Virus record (IMG/VR): IMGVR_UViG_3300042515_001235
Coordinates: 1 to 43,370 of that record
Origin: a virus
Taxonomy: Duplodnaviria > Caudoviricetes
Strand: one strand, 5' to 3'
DNA: 43,370 nucleotides
Made by a program: the position numbers and the translations under genes. Below, in pieces: positions 1 through 9,530 of this stretch (its first letter is position 1; each line of letters starts with the position of its first letter). The notes under the pieces were generated by a model, which was given only the letters and a program-made list of their open reading frames with translations, was not told the origin of the DNA and did no database searches.

Positions 1-11
1 AAGCCGAAGAG

Positions 12-728
12 TTGAGGCAACGCATGGCGGATGCCGGCCCCCCGCCCCCGCTATTTAGGGACGGCATGGGCGGTCGCCCGCCGCGAAGGCATGACGAGTT
101 TAATAACCTCGTTGATTCGGAGCGGGTTTGGCGTCCTGGCGAGCTTGGGTACATGGCCGCCGAGATAGAAAACGGCCGCCAGCAGCGCGAGTGGATGCTA
201 CGCATGAATGAGCTGGACCGAATCGCGAGCGGTAGCCCTCCGCCTCCGCAATTCGATTCCGCATACGCCGCCGGCACAGATCCCCGATACATGGCGGCAA
301 ACCCTGATGACATGCCGTTCCGCCCCGGCATGCGTGGAGACGCCATGGGGTATCCCAGGCCGTCGAACACCGCCTTCGCAGATGCCTGGAACAACGCTCC
401 GATGATGGGCATGGAGCCTACCTATCGCACGCCCGCATACTCATTCGGTGGCGAAGGTCCAGGCAATCTGGCGTACATGCCCGATGGATACAGGCCGCCA
501 CCCTTCCAGGCAGCCTTTCAGAACTTCGATGGCAGCGTGACCGACACGCCGCTATTCGGTCAGCGCGATGCGCTCATCCAAAACATCAACGACCGCGACT
601 TCCAGTACATGGCCGGCATGGAGCAGGGCCCCCAGCAGTATGACTTCGGAGGCATGTGGAGGCAGGCCGGCGACATGGTGGCGGATGGCTGGCAGAACCC
701 ACTGGCCGGACTGTTCAACTATGGTTGA
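12..728 (+). CDS. hypothetical low-complexity protein, probably 5'-truncated (possible virion/internal protein)
   Basis: Frame is open from the window edge. The protein is M/G/P/Q-rich. Its stop lies within the downstream -35 box. Confidence 0.55.
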   Translation: MRQRMADAGPPPPLFRDGMGGRPPRRHDEFNNLVDSERVWRPGELGYMAAEIENGRQQREWMLRMNELDRIASGSPPPPQFDSAYAAGTDPRYMAANPDDMPFRPGMRGDAMGYPRPSNTAFADAWNNAPMMGMEPTYRTPAYSFGGEGPGNLAYMPDGYRPPPFQAAFQNFDGSVTDTPLFGQRDALIQNINDRDFQYMAGMEQGPQQYDFGGMWRQAGDMVADGWQNPLAGLFNYG

Positions 729-753
729 CATCCGTACAGTAGTCTGATAGACT
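725..753 (+). promoter_or_regulatory. sigma70-type promoter
   Basis: TTGACA (725-730), 17 bp spacer, TAGACT (748-753) with an extended TG at 745-746. The inverted repeat TAGTCT-gat-AGACTA (740-754) overlaps the -10 box. Confidence 0.75.
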
Positions 754-769
754 ATTCACTTCCCCCGAG

Positions 770-2149
770 GTGAGCATGATCCAGAAGTTCAACGTCGGAA
801 TCTGCACCTTTTCCTACGGCGGCAACGGCGGGATTTCCTCTGAAGTCCCTGACATCCGTGAGTGGATGACACCGCTGGTCAGCAAGATGTCGCGCGACGA
901 GCGCATTGCGGAGATCCGCATTTGGAACCTTGCTGACACCCCGATCACCATGACCAGAAACCGGGCCGTGTTGATGGCCCGGGAGTACGGCATGGATATT
1001 TTGTTGATGGTCGACTCGGACATGAAGCCCGACTTGGGAGGAGAAGGATCGAAGCCCTTCTTCGACTCATCGTTCGACTTCTTCGTCCAGCACTATCACA
1101 AGGGGCCTTGCGTCATCGGCGCTCCGTACTGCGGGCCCCCGCCGAAGGAGTGCGTGTACGTCTTCCGCTGGCAGAACGCCCAGAGCGAGAACGCCAACCC
1201 TGACTTTCAGCTGGAGATGTATGACCGCCACACGGCGGTGAAGATGGCCGGCATTCAGCCTTGCGCCGCTCTGCCCACCGGGCTGATCCTGTTCGACATG
1301 CGGGCGTTTGCACTCACGGAACCAAAGGGCAAGGGCAGCAATCCTTGGTTCTACTATGAGTTCACCGACAAGTACGCCGCCGACAAGGCATCCACAGAGG
1401 ATGTCACGGCCACCCGCGACATGTCGTTGGTGGGCGAGAAGCAGCTGGGCTACAACCCCATCTATTGCAACTGGGACGCTTGGGCTGGTCACTGGAAGCC
1501 GAAGTGCGTTGGCAAGCCGGTGGTTGTGGAGGCCAAGGATGTCAGCAAGAAGCTTCTGGATGACGGTAAGGCTGGCTTCGATTCGTCCGTGAAGATTGTG
1601 GACTTCCGCGGCCCGGATCTCCCGGTCACGTTCGATTCGATGGGGATGGACCTCCCGGACGAAGACGCTCGGGCCATCCATGAGATGGTCTCTGCCTTTA
1701 CTAAGGAGCATGGCCGCCCGCCATATGTTTGCGAGGTCGGCGCATGGGCCGGCAGGTCAGCGATCATCATGGCCAAGGCCGGAGCCAGGGTTCTCTGTGT
1801 CGACACCTGGGAGGGCTCTAGCGACCAGGGGACGAAGGCGTACGACGGCTCTCGGGGCACTCCCCTGGAGGTGTTCAAGAAGAACGTGAGGCCGTACGGC
1901 ATCGGCCATGCGATCCTCCGCTCCCCGGAAGCAGCCAAGCAGTTCACCGATTCGCAGTTCGACATCGTCTACATCGACGCCGAGCACACCTACGAAGCCG
2001 TGAAGGCTGACATCGAAGCCTGGAAGCCCAAGGCGAAATTCGTCCTGGCGGGGCATGACTACCACTCTTTCCCGGATGTGGCCCGAGCCGTAAAGGATTG
2101 CGGCTTGGTGCCCTCCGTGACTGGCAACGTCTGGCGTGTCGGAATATAG
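770..2149 (+). CDS. GT-A-type glycosyltransferase fused to a class I SAM-dependent methyltransferase (Methyltransf_24-like)
   Basis: N-terminal half: RNRAV...DILLMVDSDM (DxD), TGLILF, STED. C-terminal half: VCEVGAWAGRS, CVDTW, FDIVYIDAEHTYEAVKADI, GHDY. The start may be ATG 776. Confidence 0.8.
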   Translation: MSMIQKFNVGICTFSYGGNGGISSEVPDIREWMTPLVSKMSRDERIAEIRIWNLADTPITMTRNRAVLMAREYGMDILLMVDSDMKPDLGGEGSKPFFDSSFDFFVQHYHKGPCVIGAPYCGPPPKECVYVFRWQNAQSENANPDFQLEMYDRHTAVKMAGIQPCAALPTGLILFDMRAFALTEPKGKGSNPWFYYEFTDKYAADKASTEDVTATRDMSLVGEKQLGYNPIYCNWDAWAGHWKPKCVGKPVVVEAKDVSKKLLDDGKAGFDSSVKIVDFRGPDLPVTFDSMGMDLPDEDARAIHEMVSAFTKEHGRPPYVCEVGAWAGRSAIIMAKAGARVLCVDTWEGSSDQGTKAYDGSRGTPLEVFKKNVRPYGIGHAILRSPEAAKQFTDSQFDIVYIDAEHTYEAVKADIEAWKPKAKFVLAGHDYHSFPDVARAVKDCGLVPSVTGNVWRVGI

Positions 2150-2801
2150 AGCGTGCGTCAAATGCGGGACTTCGTTTCCCGCAACCTCGGAATACTTCCA
2201 CAAGTCGAAGGACGGCCTGCACGCCCGTTGCCGCAAGTGCCGCAACAAGAGCGTCAAGGAAGGACGCTCTAAGCGCCGCAACAAGAAGCTAGACGAGATC
2301 GAACGCGGCGCGGTGAAGACCTTCATCGCCGCAGCCCGCGTCGGCGGGGCGAACATTCCGCACTCCTCGGAGTTGCTGGAATGCATGATGGAATACTTCG
2401 GCGGGGTCCGAGGTTTTGCCAACGCCTGGATGAAGCAGTTCTACGACTCCCCTGCCGGTGGAGCGTTCAGAACCAAGATGCTGGATTCAACCATGCGTCT
2501 TGTGGTCGGCAACACCGCCATGGGCGGGGCCAAGAAACCGCTTGAGCTGATGAGCGAAGAAGAGTTGGAAGCCGAGCTGCGCCGGCAAGTGCTGGAGGCA
2601 GCGATGAACCTACAGAAAGTTGAGGTGGTCGATGCAGTGCCAGGATTGCCGTTATTGGGCAGTGTCGAAGCCGGAAGCGTTGGTGGGGGAGTGCCGGCGG
2701 TTCCCGCCGCAAGCCCGATTGGGAATGTGGGAATTTCCTCTGTTGGACAAGCGCCAGGGCTGCGGGGAATGGACGCCCATGACGATGCGACAGGTAAATG
2801 A
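2136..2801 (+). CDS. putative terminase small subunit with N-terminal Zn finger
   Basis: CVKC...EYFHK...CRKC zinc finger and a 'MSEEELEAEL' tail. It lies directly upstream of terL with an ATGA overlap. Confidence 0.55.
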   Translation: MSEYRACVKCGTSFPATSEYFHKSKDGLHARCRKCRNKSVKEGRSKRRNKKLDEIERGAVKTFIAAARVGGANIPHSSELLECMMEYFGGVRGFANAWMKQFYDSPAGGAFRTKMLDSTMRLVVGNTAMGGAKKPLELMSEEELEAELRRQVLEAAMNLQKVEVVDAVPGLPLLGSVEAGSVGGGVPAVPAASPIGNVGISSVGQAPGLRGMDAHDDATGK

Positions 2802-4486
2802 AAAAGCATCCCAAAGTCCCGCCACCCCCGACGCCTGACGCTCCGATTGGCGGGCTGACTCAGCACGCCCTGTCGGAGATGAAGGACGTTCAGTCGGCGC
2901 TCGCGGAGCGTCGGCTGGAGGCTCTTCGTCTGTACGTGCCGATGCCCAGGCAGGATGAGATCCACAAGTGCATTGCGAGCGAGCGGATCGTCCTCGGCGG
3001 CAACCGTGCGGGGAAGTCGCTCTGCGTTGCCGTTGAGGCTGCCAGGGCGGCGACGGGCCAGGATCCCTACGGGAAGTACCCGAAGGAGAACGGCAACTTG
3101 GTGATCGTCGGCCGGAACTGGCAGCACATCGGAATGGTGATTCACAACATCCTGTTCAAAGCCGGGGCGTTCAAGATCCTTCGGGACGAAGTGACCGGGA
3201 CATGGAGAGCGTTTCGTCCTGGGCCGGATGACGCCAGGAAGGCCGAGGCCAAGCCCGCCCCGCCGCTCATTCCTCCGAGACTGATCAAGGACATGTCTTG
3301 GGTCCAGAAGAACGCCGGCTACCTCAACAAGGCCGAGCTGAACAACGGCTGGACGATCTACTGCTTCTCCTCCGAGGGAGAACCTCCGCAAGGCTTCCAG
3401 GCCGACCTAGTCTGGCTGGACGAGGACTTGAACAACGAGCGGTGGGTCGGGGAGATGCAGGCTCGGCTTGCGGATCGCAAGGGCCGCTTTGTTTGGTCGG
3501 CCATGCCCCATTCCCGGAATGATGCGCTCCTCGGGCTGTGCGAGCGGGCAGACAAGGCGGAAGAGGACGGGATCAAAGACCCGATCATCAAGAAGTTCAC
3601 GCTCCGCTTCCTTGACAACGCGGCCATCGACCCCGAGGAGAAGCGGAAGAACATCGAACGCTGGGCGTCTCTCGGTGCAGACGAACTCCGCATGCGCGCC
3701 GAGGGTGAGTTCACCACCCAGTCCACGCTGATGTACCCGACGTTCAATGCCTCCATCCACATGATGGACCGCTCGGCGCTCCCGGACGGGCAGATTCCCC
3801 CGGACTGGACTCGTTATGTCGGCATCGATCCGGGGCATGCGGTGATGGCCACGCTCTTTGCGGCCGTCCCGCCGGACGAGAAGTTCCTACTCATCTACGA
3901 CGAGCTGTATATCCGCAACTGCAACGCACTCATCTGGGGCGAGCAGTTCGCAGCCAAGGCGAACGAGCAGTGGATCTACGCCGCGATCATGGACATGCAC
4001 GGCGGCGCGCTGCGCGACCTGGGCTCTGGCAGGCTCCCGCATGAGCTGTACTCCGAGGAGCTGAAGAAGCGCGGCATCAAGTTCGCCATCTCGGGCCACC
4101 AGTTCATTCCCGGTTCCGATGACATTCCGGCCCGCACGGCCCTGGTCCGACAGATGTTCCATGTTCGGGGAGATGGAACGGCCCGCCTGCGAATCCTGGA
4201 GGGGGCCTGCCCCAACCTCGTCCGCGAGCTGAAGCGGTATCGCAAGAAGACCACCACGGTCAACGGCACGGTCTATATCACCGACGAGCCGCAGACACGC
4301 GGTGAAGTGCATGCCGCGCAGACGCTGGAATACCTCTGCGCGTACGAACCAAAGTACCACACACCCCCGAACCGCCCCGGCAAGGAGCCGTGGTGGGTGA
4401 AATGGCGGGCGGAACGGTTGGCACGGCAACGCAAGTCTGAAGACCCGTGCATTCTCTTGGCCCCCACAGGGAGTTTGAAGCGATGA
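2798..4486 (+). CDS. terL: terminase large subunit
   Basis: Walker A GGNRAGKS, Walker B LVWLDE, RNase H-like nuclease motif VGIDPG, IYDELY, CPNLVRELKRY. Confidence 0.92.
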   Translation: MKKHPKVPPPPTPDAPIGGLTQHALSEMKDVQSALAERRLEALRLYVPMPRQDEIHKCIASERIVLGGNRAGKSLCVAVEAARAATGQDPYGKYPKENGNLVIVGRNWQHIGMVIHNILFKAGAFKILRDEVTGTWRAFRPGPDDARKAEAKPAPPLIPPRLIKDMSWVQKNAGYLNKAELNNGWTIYCFSSEGEPPQGFQADLVWLDEDLNNERWVGEMQARLADRKGRFVWSAMPHSRNDALLGLCERADKAEEDGIKDPIIKKFTLRFLDNAAIDPEEKRKNIERWASLGADELRMRAEGEFTTQSTLMYPTFNASIHMMDRSALPDGQIPPDWTRYVGIDPGHAVMATLFAAVPPDEKFLLIYDELYIRNCNALIWGEQFAAKANEQWIYAAIMDMHGGALRDLGSGRLPHELYSEELKKRGIKFAISGHQFIPGSDDIPARTALVRQMFHVRGDGTARLRILEGACPNLVRELKRYRKKTTTVNGTVYITDEPQTRGEVHAAQTLEYLCAYEPKYHTPPNRPGKEPWWVKWRAERLARQRKSEDPCILLAPTGSLKR

Positions 4487-4800
4487 ATTATGAGATGCCC
4501 AAGGCTGGTGTCGGTGAGATTGTCCTGTTCCGCCCCCATGAGGGCGCCGAGGCGTCCCCGGCGATTGTCTGCAAGGTCGGCTCCCGGACCCTGAACCTGT
4601 TCGCCATGTCGGGCGAGCTGGGGGTGGTCCTCAAGCCCTCGGTCCACCATGTCGGGGACGAGGGGGTCAACGAGTTCCAGGAGTGGAAGCGTTACGGGTT
4701 TTGGGAGCATTGCCCCAAGGATCCGGCCCTGGCGATGCTTTCGGAGCGGGTTTCCCTGCTGGAAAAGAAGATTGCCGCGGTCGCCCCTAAAAAGGGCTGA
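4483..4800 (+). CDS. hypothetical protein
   Basis: ATG 4483 overlaps the terL stop (ATGA). Codon usage is phage-typical. Confidence 0.7.
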   Translation: MNYEMPKAGVGEIVLFRPHEGAEASPAIVCKVGSRTLNLFAMSGELGVVLKPSVHHVGDEGVNEFQEWKRYGFWEHCPKDPALAMLSERVSLLEKKIAAVAPKKG

Positions 4801-4828
4801 TCAGGGCAATAGTAGGTAGGAGACCCGC

Positions 4829-5533
4829 ATGCCTTCCAAAGCCGTATTTGACGTTGCCAGAGCTGCAAAGCTGCATGCCGGCGGCATGCCGCTGTCGCAT
4901 ATAGCTCGCATTCCAGGAATGCCGTCTCAGAAGGCTATCGAACGGCAATTACTGGAAATGGGCCATCCCGTCTGGAAGGGCCGCACAAAGTTGCATTCTG
5001 TTGGCAAGGAGAGGCTGCGCGAGCTTCACCATGAACAAGACAAAAGCGCGGCCGAAATCGGGAAGATGTACGGCTGCTCTGGCAGCACCGTGCGGCGCCG
5101 TCTTGTGGAGCTTGGAATTCCCAAGGGGTCTGGCAAGCACCGCCCCCCGCGCGGTCCGGAGCACTGGAACTGGCGTGGCGGGCGATACGTCGATGAGCGC
5201 GGCTACGTTTTCTTGCGCAAGCCTGGGCATCGGCAGGCTAACAAGGGCGGCTACGTGGCGGAGCATCGCATGGTAGCCTCTGACGCACTCGGCCGATGGC
5301 TGCACCCCAAGGACGAGGTGCATCACATCAACGGCCGTCACGGCGACAATAGGCCGGAAAACTTAATTGTGGTGCGGCACGGCAAGCACCAGAAGTTGCA
5401 CGCCGACGTTTTGCGCGAGCTGTGGGCTCTGCGCAAGGAAGTGGCCCGTTTATCTGGGGAAGATCACGCCGCTCGGTTGGTGTCGCGCCATGCCGAGAAT
5501 CGCCGTGCGGCTGATTGGAAGGTGGTCGGTTGA
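4829..5533 (+). CDS. free-standing HNH homing endonuclease with HTH
   Basis: HTH-like KSAAEIGKMYGCSGSTVRRRL; HWNWRGG; EHRMVA...EVHHINGRHGDNRPENL (HNH_3 type). Shine-Dalgarno (SD) AGGAG upstream. Confidence 0.85.
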   Translation: MPSKAVFDVARAAKLHAGGMPLSHIARIPGMPSQKAIERQLLEMGHPVWKGRTKLHSVGKERLRELHHEQDKSAAEIGKMYGCSGSTVRRRLVELGIPKGSGKHRPPRGPEHWNWRGGRYVDERGYVFLRKPGHRQANKGGYVAEHRMVASDALGRWLHPKDEVHHINGRHGDNRPENLIVVRHGKHQKLHADVLRELWALRKEVARLSGEDHAARLVSRHAENRRAADWKVVG

Positions 5534-7515
5534 GCCAAGAAAATCCCTTGCGCCCCATAGTGGCACGGTGGTTGAACTGCATTAAGCAAGCAGAGAAGCA
5601 CAAAGAGCCGTTTTCCAAGGACGCCCGGGAGGCGATGGGGTTCTATTCATCCGACCCGGACGCCATGTGGGGCAGCGAGTTCTCCCGGGGCGAGCGGGGC
5701 TACAACAAAGGCATCGACCCCCCGCCCTTTCGCATGGTGGTGAACCGTGTCTGGGAGGCCGTCCGGCTCTTTGCCAGCGTCATCCACCACCGCAATCCGT
5801 CGCGGACGGTGACGCCCAAGGAGTACCCGATTATCGGGCCGGCTCTCCTGGGGATTCAGCCCCAGCCCCCCATCCCGCAGATGGGACCGGACGGCCAGCC
5901 CGTGATGGGGCCTGACGGTCAGCCGGTGCTGATGCCGGACCCCGGCATGCAGATGTATCAGCAGATGATGCAGCAGCAGGGCATGATGTGGGAGCGCCGC
6001 AAGCTGATCGCCAAGCTGCTGGAAGACTACCTGAACTACACCCCCAACGAACTCAACCTCAAGCAGCACTCCCGGAAGGTGGTGGAAGAGGCGTTCATTA
6101 AGGGTGCTGGCGTGTGGTGGCATGAGCTGTACCAGCCCCCTGGCGGGCAGGTGCGCTTCGCAGGGTCGTTCTACGACACAATCGACAATCTGGTGTGGGA
6201 TCCCGACGCCGACGAGTATGAGGACATCCGCTGGGCAGCCCGCAAGCGGACCCAGCCTATCGATGAGGTGGCGGCCAAGTTTGGCCTGGACCGCGAGGAT
6301 CTCAAGGGCCACCTGGAGTCCTATTCCTCCCGAGCGGATGAGGGAATCCGCGGCTACGAATACAAGCGCAAGAACGGCAAGACGAACGACCTGATCACCT
6401 ACTGGGAGATTTACTCCAAGACCGGGTTCGGTGATCGGCTCAAGGATTCCGACAAGGATCTCCGCGGCAAGTTCGACGCTCTTGGGCCCAACTGCTACCT
6501 CGTCGTTGCGGAAGGCATCGAATACCCGCTCAACATCCCGCCCTCCATGCTCCAGGAGGAAGTGGACGAGAGTGGTGTTCCTCCGACGATGTTCATGGCC
6601 GCCCAGTGGCCGGCTCCCTTCTGGGCAGAGCCGGCCGGCTGGCCGTTCACTCTCCTGGCGTGGCACGGTGCGCCTGGATACTCCTGGCCGATCAGTCTCA
6701 TCAAACCCGGGATCGGGGAGCTTCGATTCATCAATTGGGCGATGAGCTTCCTTGCCACGCGCATTGCCACCAGCTCGCAGACACTCATTGGTGTGGCCAA
6801 GGCGGCGGATCCTGACCTGAAGGCGAAGATCCTGGAGCGAAGCGAGGGCGGATTCAACATCGTAGAAATCTCCGAGGCCGTTGGTCGTTCGGTGAACGAT
6901 GTGATCTCGGTCTTCCAGATGCCTGGGGTAACCCAGGACATGTACAACATCATCTCCGAGGTCACCAATCTCTTTGATCGAAGAGTTGGTCTGACCGAGC
7001 TGATTTACGGCATGACCAGGGCGTCCTTCAGGAGTGCCGCAGAGGCGGCCGTGAAGAGCGAGCAGATTTCGGTCAGGCCGGACGATTACGCAAATACGTT
7101 GGAAGACGCTCTGTCCGAGGTCTCTCGCAAGGAGGCCCTCCTGGCGCGGTGGCTTGTGTACCCGCAGGACGTTGCTCCGCTCCTGGGCAACATGGCGGCG
7201 CAGGCGTGGCAGATGCATGTCCAGGCCGAAGACCCCGAGTCCGTGGTGCGAGAGTACAGCTACCGCGTCGAAGCCGGCAGCAGCCGCAAGCCGAACATCG
7301 CCACCAAGACCGAGAACCTCAACACGTTCATGCAGGTCATCATGCCTGTAGCCCAAGGGCTGCTCCAGGCCGGACAGCCCGATCTGTTCAACGGCGTGAT
7401 GACGCAGTGGGGCAAGGTCAACCAGATGGATGTGTCGGAGTTTATGGTTCCAACCCCACCCCCACCGGCACCCCCGCCGCAAGAGGCTCCAGCGCAAGAG
7501 GCTCCCCCAGCATGA
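5530..7515 (+). CDS. portal protein
   Basis: About 660 aa, downstream of terL. Portal-like segments VNRVWEAVR, EEAFIKGAGV, DPDA, SAAEA. Probable TTG start at 5530 overlapping the HNH stop. Confidence 0.8.
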   Translation: MSQENPLRPIVARWLNCIKQAEKHKEPFSKDAREAMGFYSSDPDAMWGSEFSRGERGYNKGIDPPPFRMVVNRVWEAVRLFASVIHHRNPSRTVTPKEYPIIGPALLGIQPQPPIPQMGPDGQPVMGPDGQPVLMPDPGMQMYQQMMQQQGMMWERRKLIAKLLEDYLNYTPNELNLKQHSRKVVEEAFIKGAGVWWHELYQPPGGQVRFAGSFYDTIDNLVWDPDADEYEDIRWAARKRTQPIDEVAAKFGLDREDLKGHLESYSSRADEGIRGYEYKRKNGKTNDLITYWEIYSKTGFGDRLKDSDKDLRGKFDALGPNCYLVVAEGIEYPLNIPPSMLQEEVDESGVPPTMFMAAQWPAPFWAEPAGWPFTLLAWHGAPGYSWPISLIKPGIGELRFINWAMSFLATRIATSSQTLIGVAKAADPDLKAKILERSEGGFNIVEISEAVGRSVNDVISVFQMPGVTQDMYNIISEVTNLFDRRVGLTELIYGMTRASFRSAAEAAVKSEQISVRPDDYANTLEDALSEVSRKEALLARWLVYPQDVAPLLGNMAAQAWQMHVQAEDPESVVREYSYRVEAGSSRKPNIATKTENLNTFMQVIMPVAQGLLQAGQPDLFNGVMTQWGKVNQMDVSEFMVPTPPPPAPPPQEAPAQEAPPA

Positions 7516-8048
7516 AGCTCCCGCTTGAGATCGAACAGGCCCGGCCAGAAGTTAGGGCTCACTACAAGAAGATGATCGCTGACGGCCAGTCGGAGCGCTT
7601 TGCTGCGATGTGCGCCCTTCAGATCGCCCCCGGCACCAAGGGGACCGACCGGGCGTTCCTGGAGGGTCGGCAGAACAACCAGCAGCTGGACGCGCTGCCA
7701 AAGCTCCAGGCCAACTACATGGTCCAGGAAGCCAAGTCGGCTGGGATCAACATCTCCGGCAAGTACTACTGCGCCGGCATCGCGGACAAGCGCGGCTGGC
7801 GCGACCCCGCTGCGTGGGTGACGAGCAACGATGACGTTCTCCGCGTGGCCAAGGCCCGCCGGATGAGCGTGTCGGGGAGCGTCAACTACGACCCGGGCCC
7901 TGCGCCCCGACAGACCACGGTGCTTTCCGAGTCCATCATCAAGGATGAGATGCGGAAGGCGCTGAAAACCAACCCGCGCGCCAAGAAGGGCGAGCTGCGG
8001 GAGAAGATTATTGAGAAGCATGCCTACAAGCTGAAGGGGAGGACATGA
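7512..8048 (+). CDS. hypothetical protein
   Basis: ATG 7512 overlaps the portal stop (ATGA). The upstream part of ORF 7149 is a shadow of the portal gene. Confidence 0.75.
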   Translation: MKLPLEIEQARPEVRAHYKKMIADGQSERFAAMCALQIAPGTKGTDRAFLEGRQNNQQLDALPKLQANYMVQEAKSAGINISGKYYCAGIADKRGWRDPAAWVTSNDDVLRVAKARRMSVSGSVNYDPGPAPRQTTVLSESIIKDEMRKALKTNPRAKKGELREKIIEKHAYKLKGRT

Positions 8049-8371
8049 ACGACATTGCTCGGCACTATTCGTCAGTCGTTATTACGGCCAATTCCACCGC
8101 GGCCACCACGGCCGGGAGCATTCCGTTTGGGCCGTTTGCCGGCGGCGTGGTGATGGTGGCCAACACCGGGGGCGGCACGCGCATCAACTGGCACGGCACC
8201 GTCCACCCGACCGTGACCCCGACGCAGATTTACGCCGATGGCTCGGCCGTGACTTCCTCCCTCACCGTGGGATGCATTGGCATCCCGGACGGGTGTTTCT
8301 CCATGCCCTACGTTGTGCCCGTCATCGTCGGCGGCACCACCTGCGCCATGACGGCCGTCCTGAAGGGCTGA
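8045..8371 (+). CDS. small beta-rich putative virion protein
   Basis: ATGA-coupled, T/V/G-rich, located in the structural cluster. Confidence 0.65.
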   Translation: MNDIARHYSSVVITANSTAATTAGSIPFGPFAGGVVMVANTGGGTRINWHGTVHPTVTPTQIYADGSAVTSSLTVGCIGIPDGCFSMPYVVPVIVGGTTCAMTAVLKG

Positions 8372-8376
8372 CGCCG

Positions 8377-9192
8377 ATGCCAATGTCCCCCAGACTGCTT
8401 CGCCCGATCCTTTCCGGCGACACGGACGCGCTGCGGTATATCGCCGCCGTCCAGGACGCCGATCAGCAGTCGCTGGAGCCAGCGGTGCGAAAAGCCATCA
8501 CCGACTTCGTCGTCGGCTGCAAGGCGGACGGCATCTGGTCTGCCATCAAAGCGTCCTGCATCCTTATGGGGGCGAGGACGCTTTCCGGTGCGTTGACGCC
8601 GCTAGCCGGAACGGCACCGACGAATGTCAATTTTGTTTCCGGCGACTACAACCGAAAGACGGGGCTGGTTGGCAACGCCAGCAATAAGTACCTAAACACC
8701 AACCGCGCAGGTAATGCCGACCCGCAGAACTCCTTCCATGCTTCTGTGTTTGGGAGCACGCTGGACAGCGGAAATAATTCCAACGTATTCCCTGCATGGA
8801 TGGCAGTGTTTAACGACTCAGGCGGAACTCTGCGCACTGTCCAACTGTTTTACCCTGGCTCCTTGCTGGGATATTTCTTCAACGCGAGGAATAGCAGTTC
8901 TAATAGTTGGGTTTCTGCACTTGACACGTCAGATGACTTTGTAGGAGTGAGCCGCTCGGCAAGCACTGCTGTTGTGGGGCGCGCTAAATCAACAAACAAT
9001 TCATTTTCAACAGCGTCGGTTGTTCCAAATGCCAACAATATTTTCGTTTTTGCCGCAAATACGAACGGAAGTGCCTCATCCTTTAGCGCAGCGCGGCTGG
9101 CTTTTTATTCGATTGGCGAAAATCTGACGCTGTCTCTGTTGGATTCGCGCGTGACGACGCTTTACAACGCCATCGGAGCGGCCATCCCATGA
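8377..9192 (+). CDS. putative fibre/receptor-binding protein with MPMSPRLLRP N-terminus
   Basis: ATG 8377. Helical N-domain DALRYIAAV...GIWSAIKASC, then an S/N/T-rich AT-richer beta domain. Confidence 0.6.
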   Translation: MPMSPRLLRPILSGDTDALRYIAAVQDADQQSLEPAVRKAITDFVVGCKADGIWSAIKASCILMGARTLSGALTPLAGTAPTNVNFVSGDYNRKTGLVGNASNKYLNTNRAGNADPQNSFHASVFGSTLDSGNNSNVFPAWMAVFNDSGGTLRTVQLFYPGSLLGYFFNARNSSSNSWVSALDTSDDFVGVSRSASTAVVGRAKSTNNSFSTASVVPNANNIFVFAANTNGSASSFSAARLAFYSIGENLTLSLLDSRVTTLYNAIGAAIP

Positions 9193-9509
9193 CGCTCGGC
9201 GACCTCGCGCTACCGATCTCCTACGAAGGCTCACGGCAGTGGGCGCTGGTGTTCGATGTCCAGTTGGCGCAGCGGCTCGCGGAGATTCACGCCGAGCATG
9301 GGAGCGACAAGTGCCGCCCTGTGCCGCGCCAGATGACCGATGGGCGGCTGATGCTCTGTGCGGACGTGCTGACCGAGGTAAGGCCAGGCGGGCTTCTGGA
9401 GGCCATGTGGGCGGCGGCCGATAAGGCGGTGCTGAACGCGAGCGTCGTTGTCATGCCGTGGGCCGATGCGGTGGCGCTCTTGCCGCCCGATCCGCCGCTG
9501 CCGGTGTGA
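9189..9509 (+). CDS. hypothetical protein (possible fibre partner/chaperone)
   Basis: ATGA-coupled to the preceding gene. Confidence 0.65.
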   Translation: MTLGDLALPISYEGSRQWALVFDVQLAQRLAEIHAEHGSDKCRPVPRQMTDGRLMLCADVLTEVRPGGLLEAMWAAADKAVLNASVVVMPWADAVALLPPDPPLPV

Positions 9510-9530
9510 CTTATCCAAATACCGTGACGC

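Noticed and set aside
5647-7497. 616-aa ORF on the - strand
   Set aside because: Antisense shadow of the portal gene. Long shadows are common in GC-rich DNA, and no motifs are present.
7479-7505. GCAAGAGGCTCC tandem repeat
   Set aside because: A simple coding duplication (QEAPA x2) in the disordered portal tail.
8377-9192. Diversity-generating retroelement target
   Set aside because: No reverse transcriptase and no template/variable repeat pair were seen in the window.
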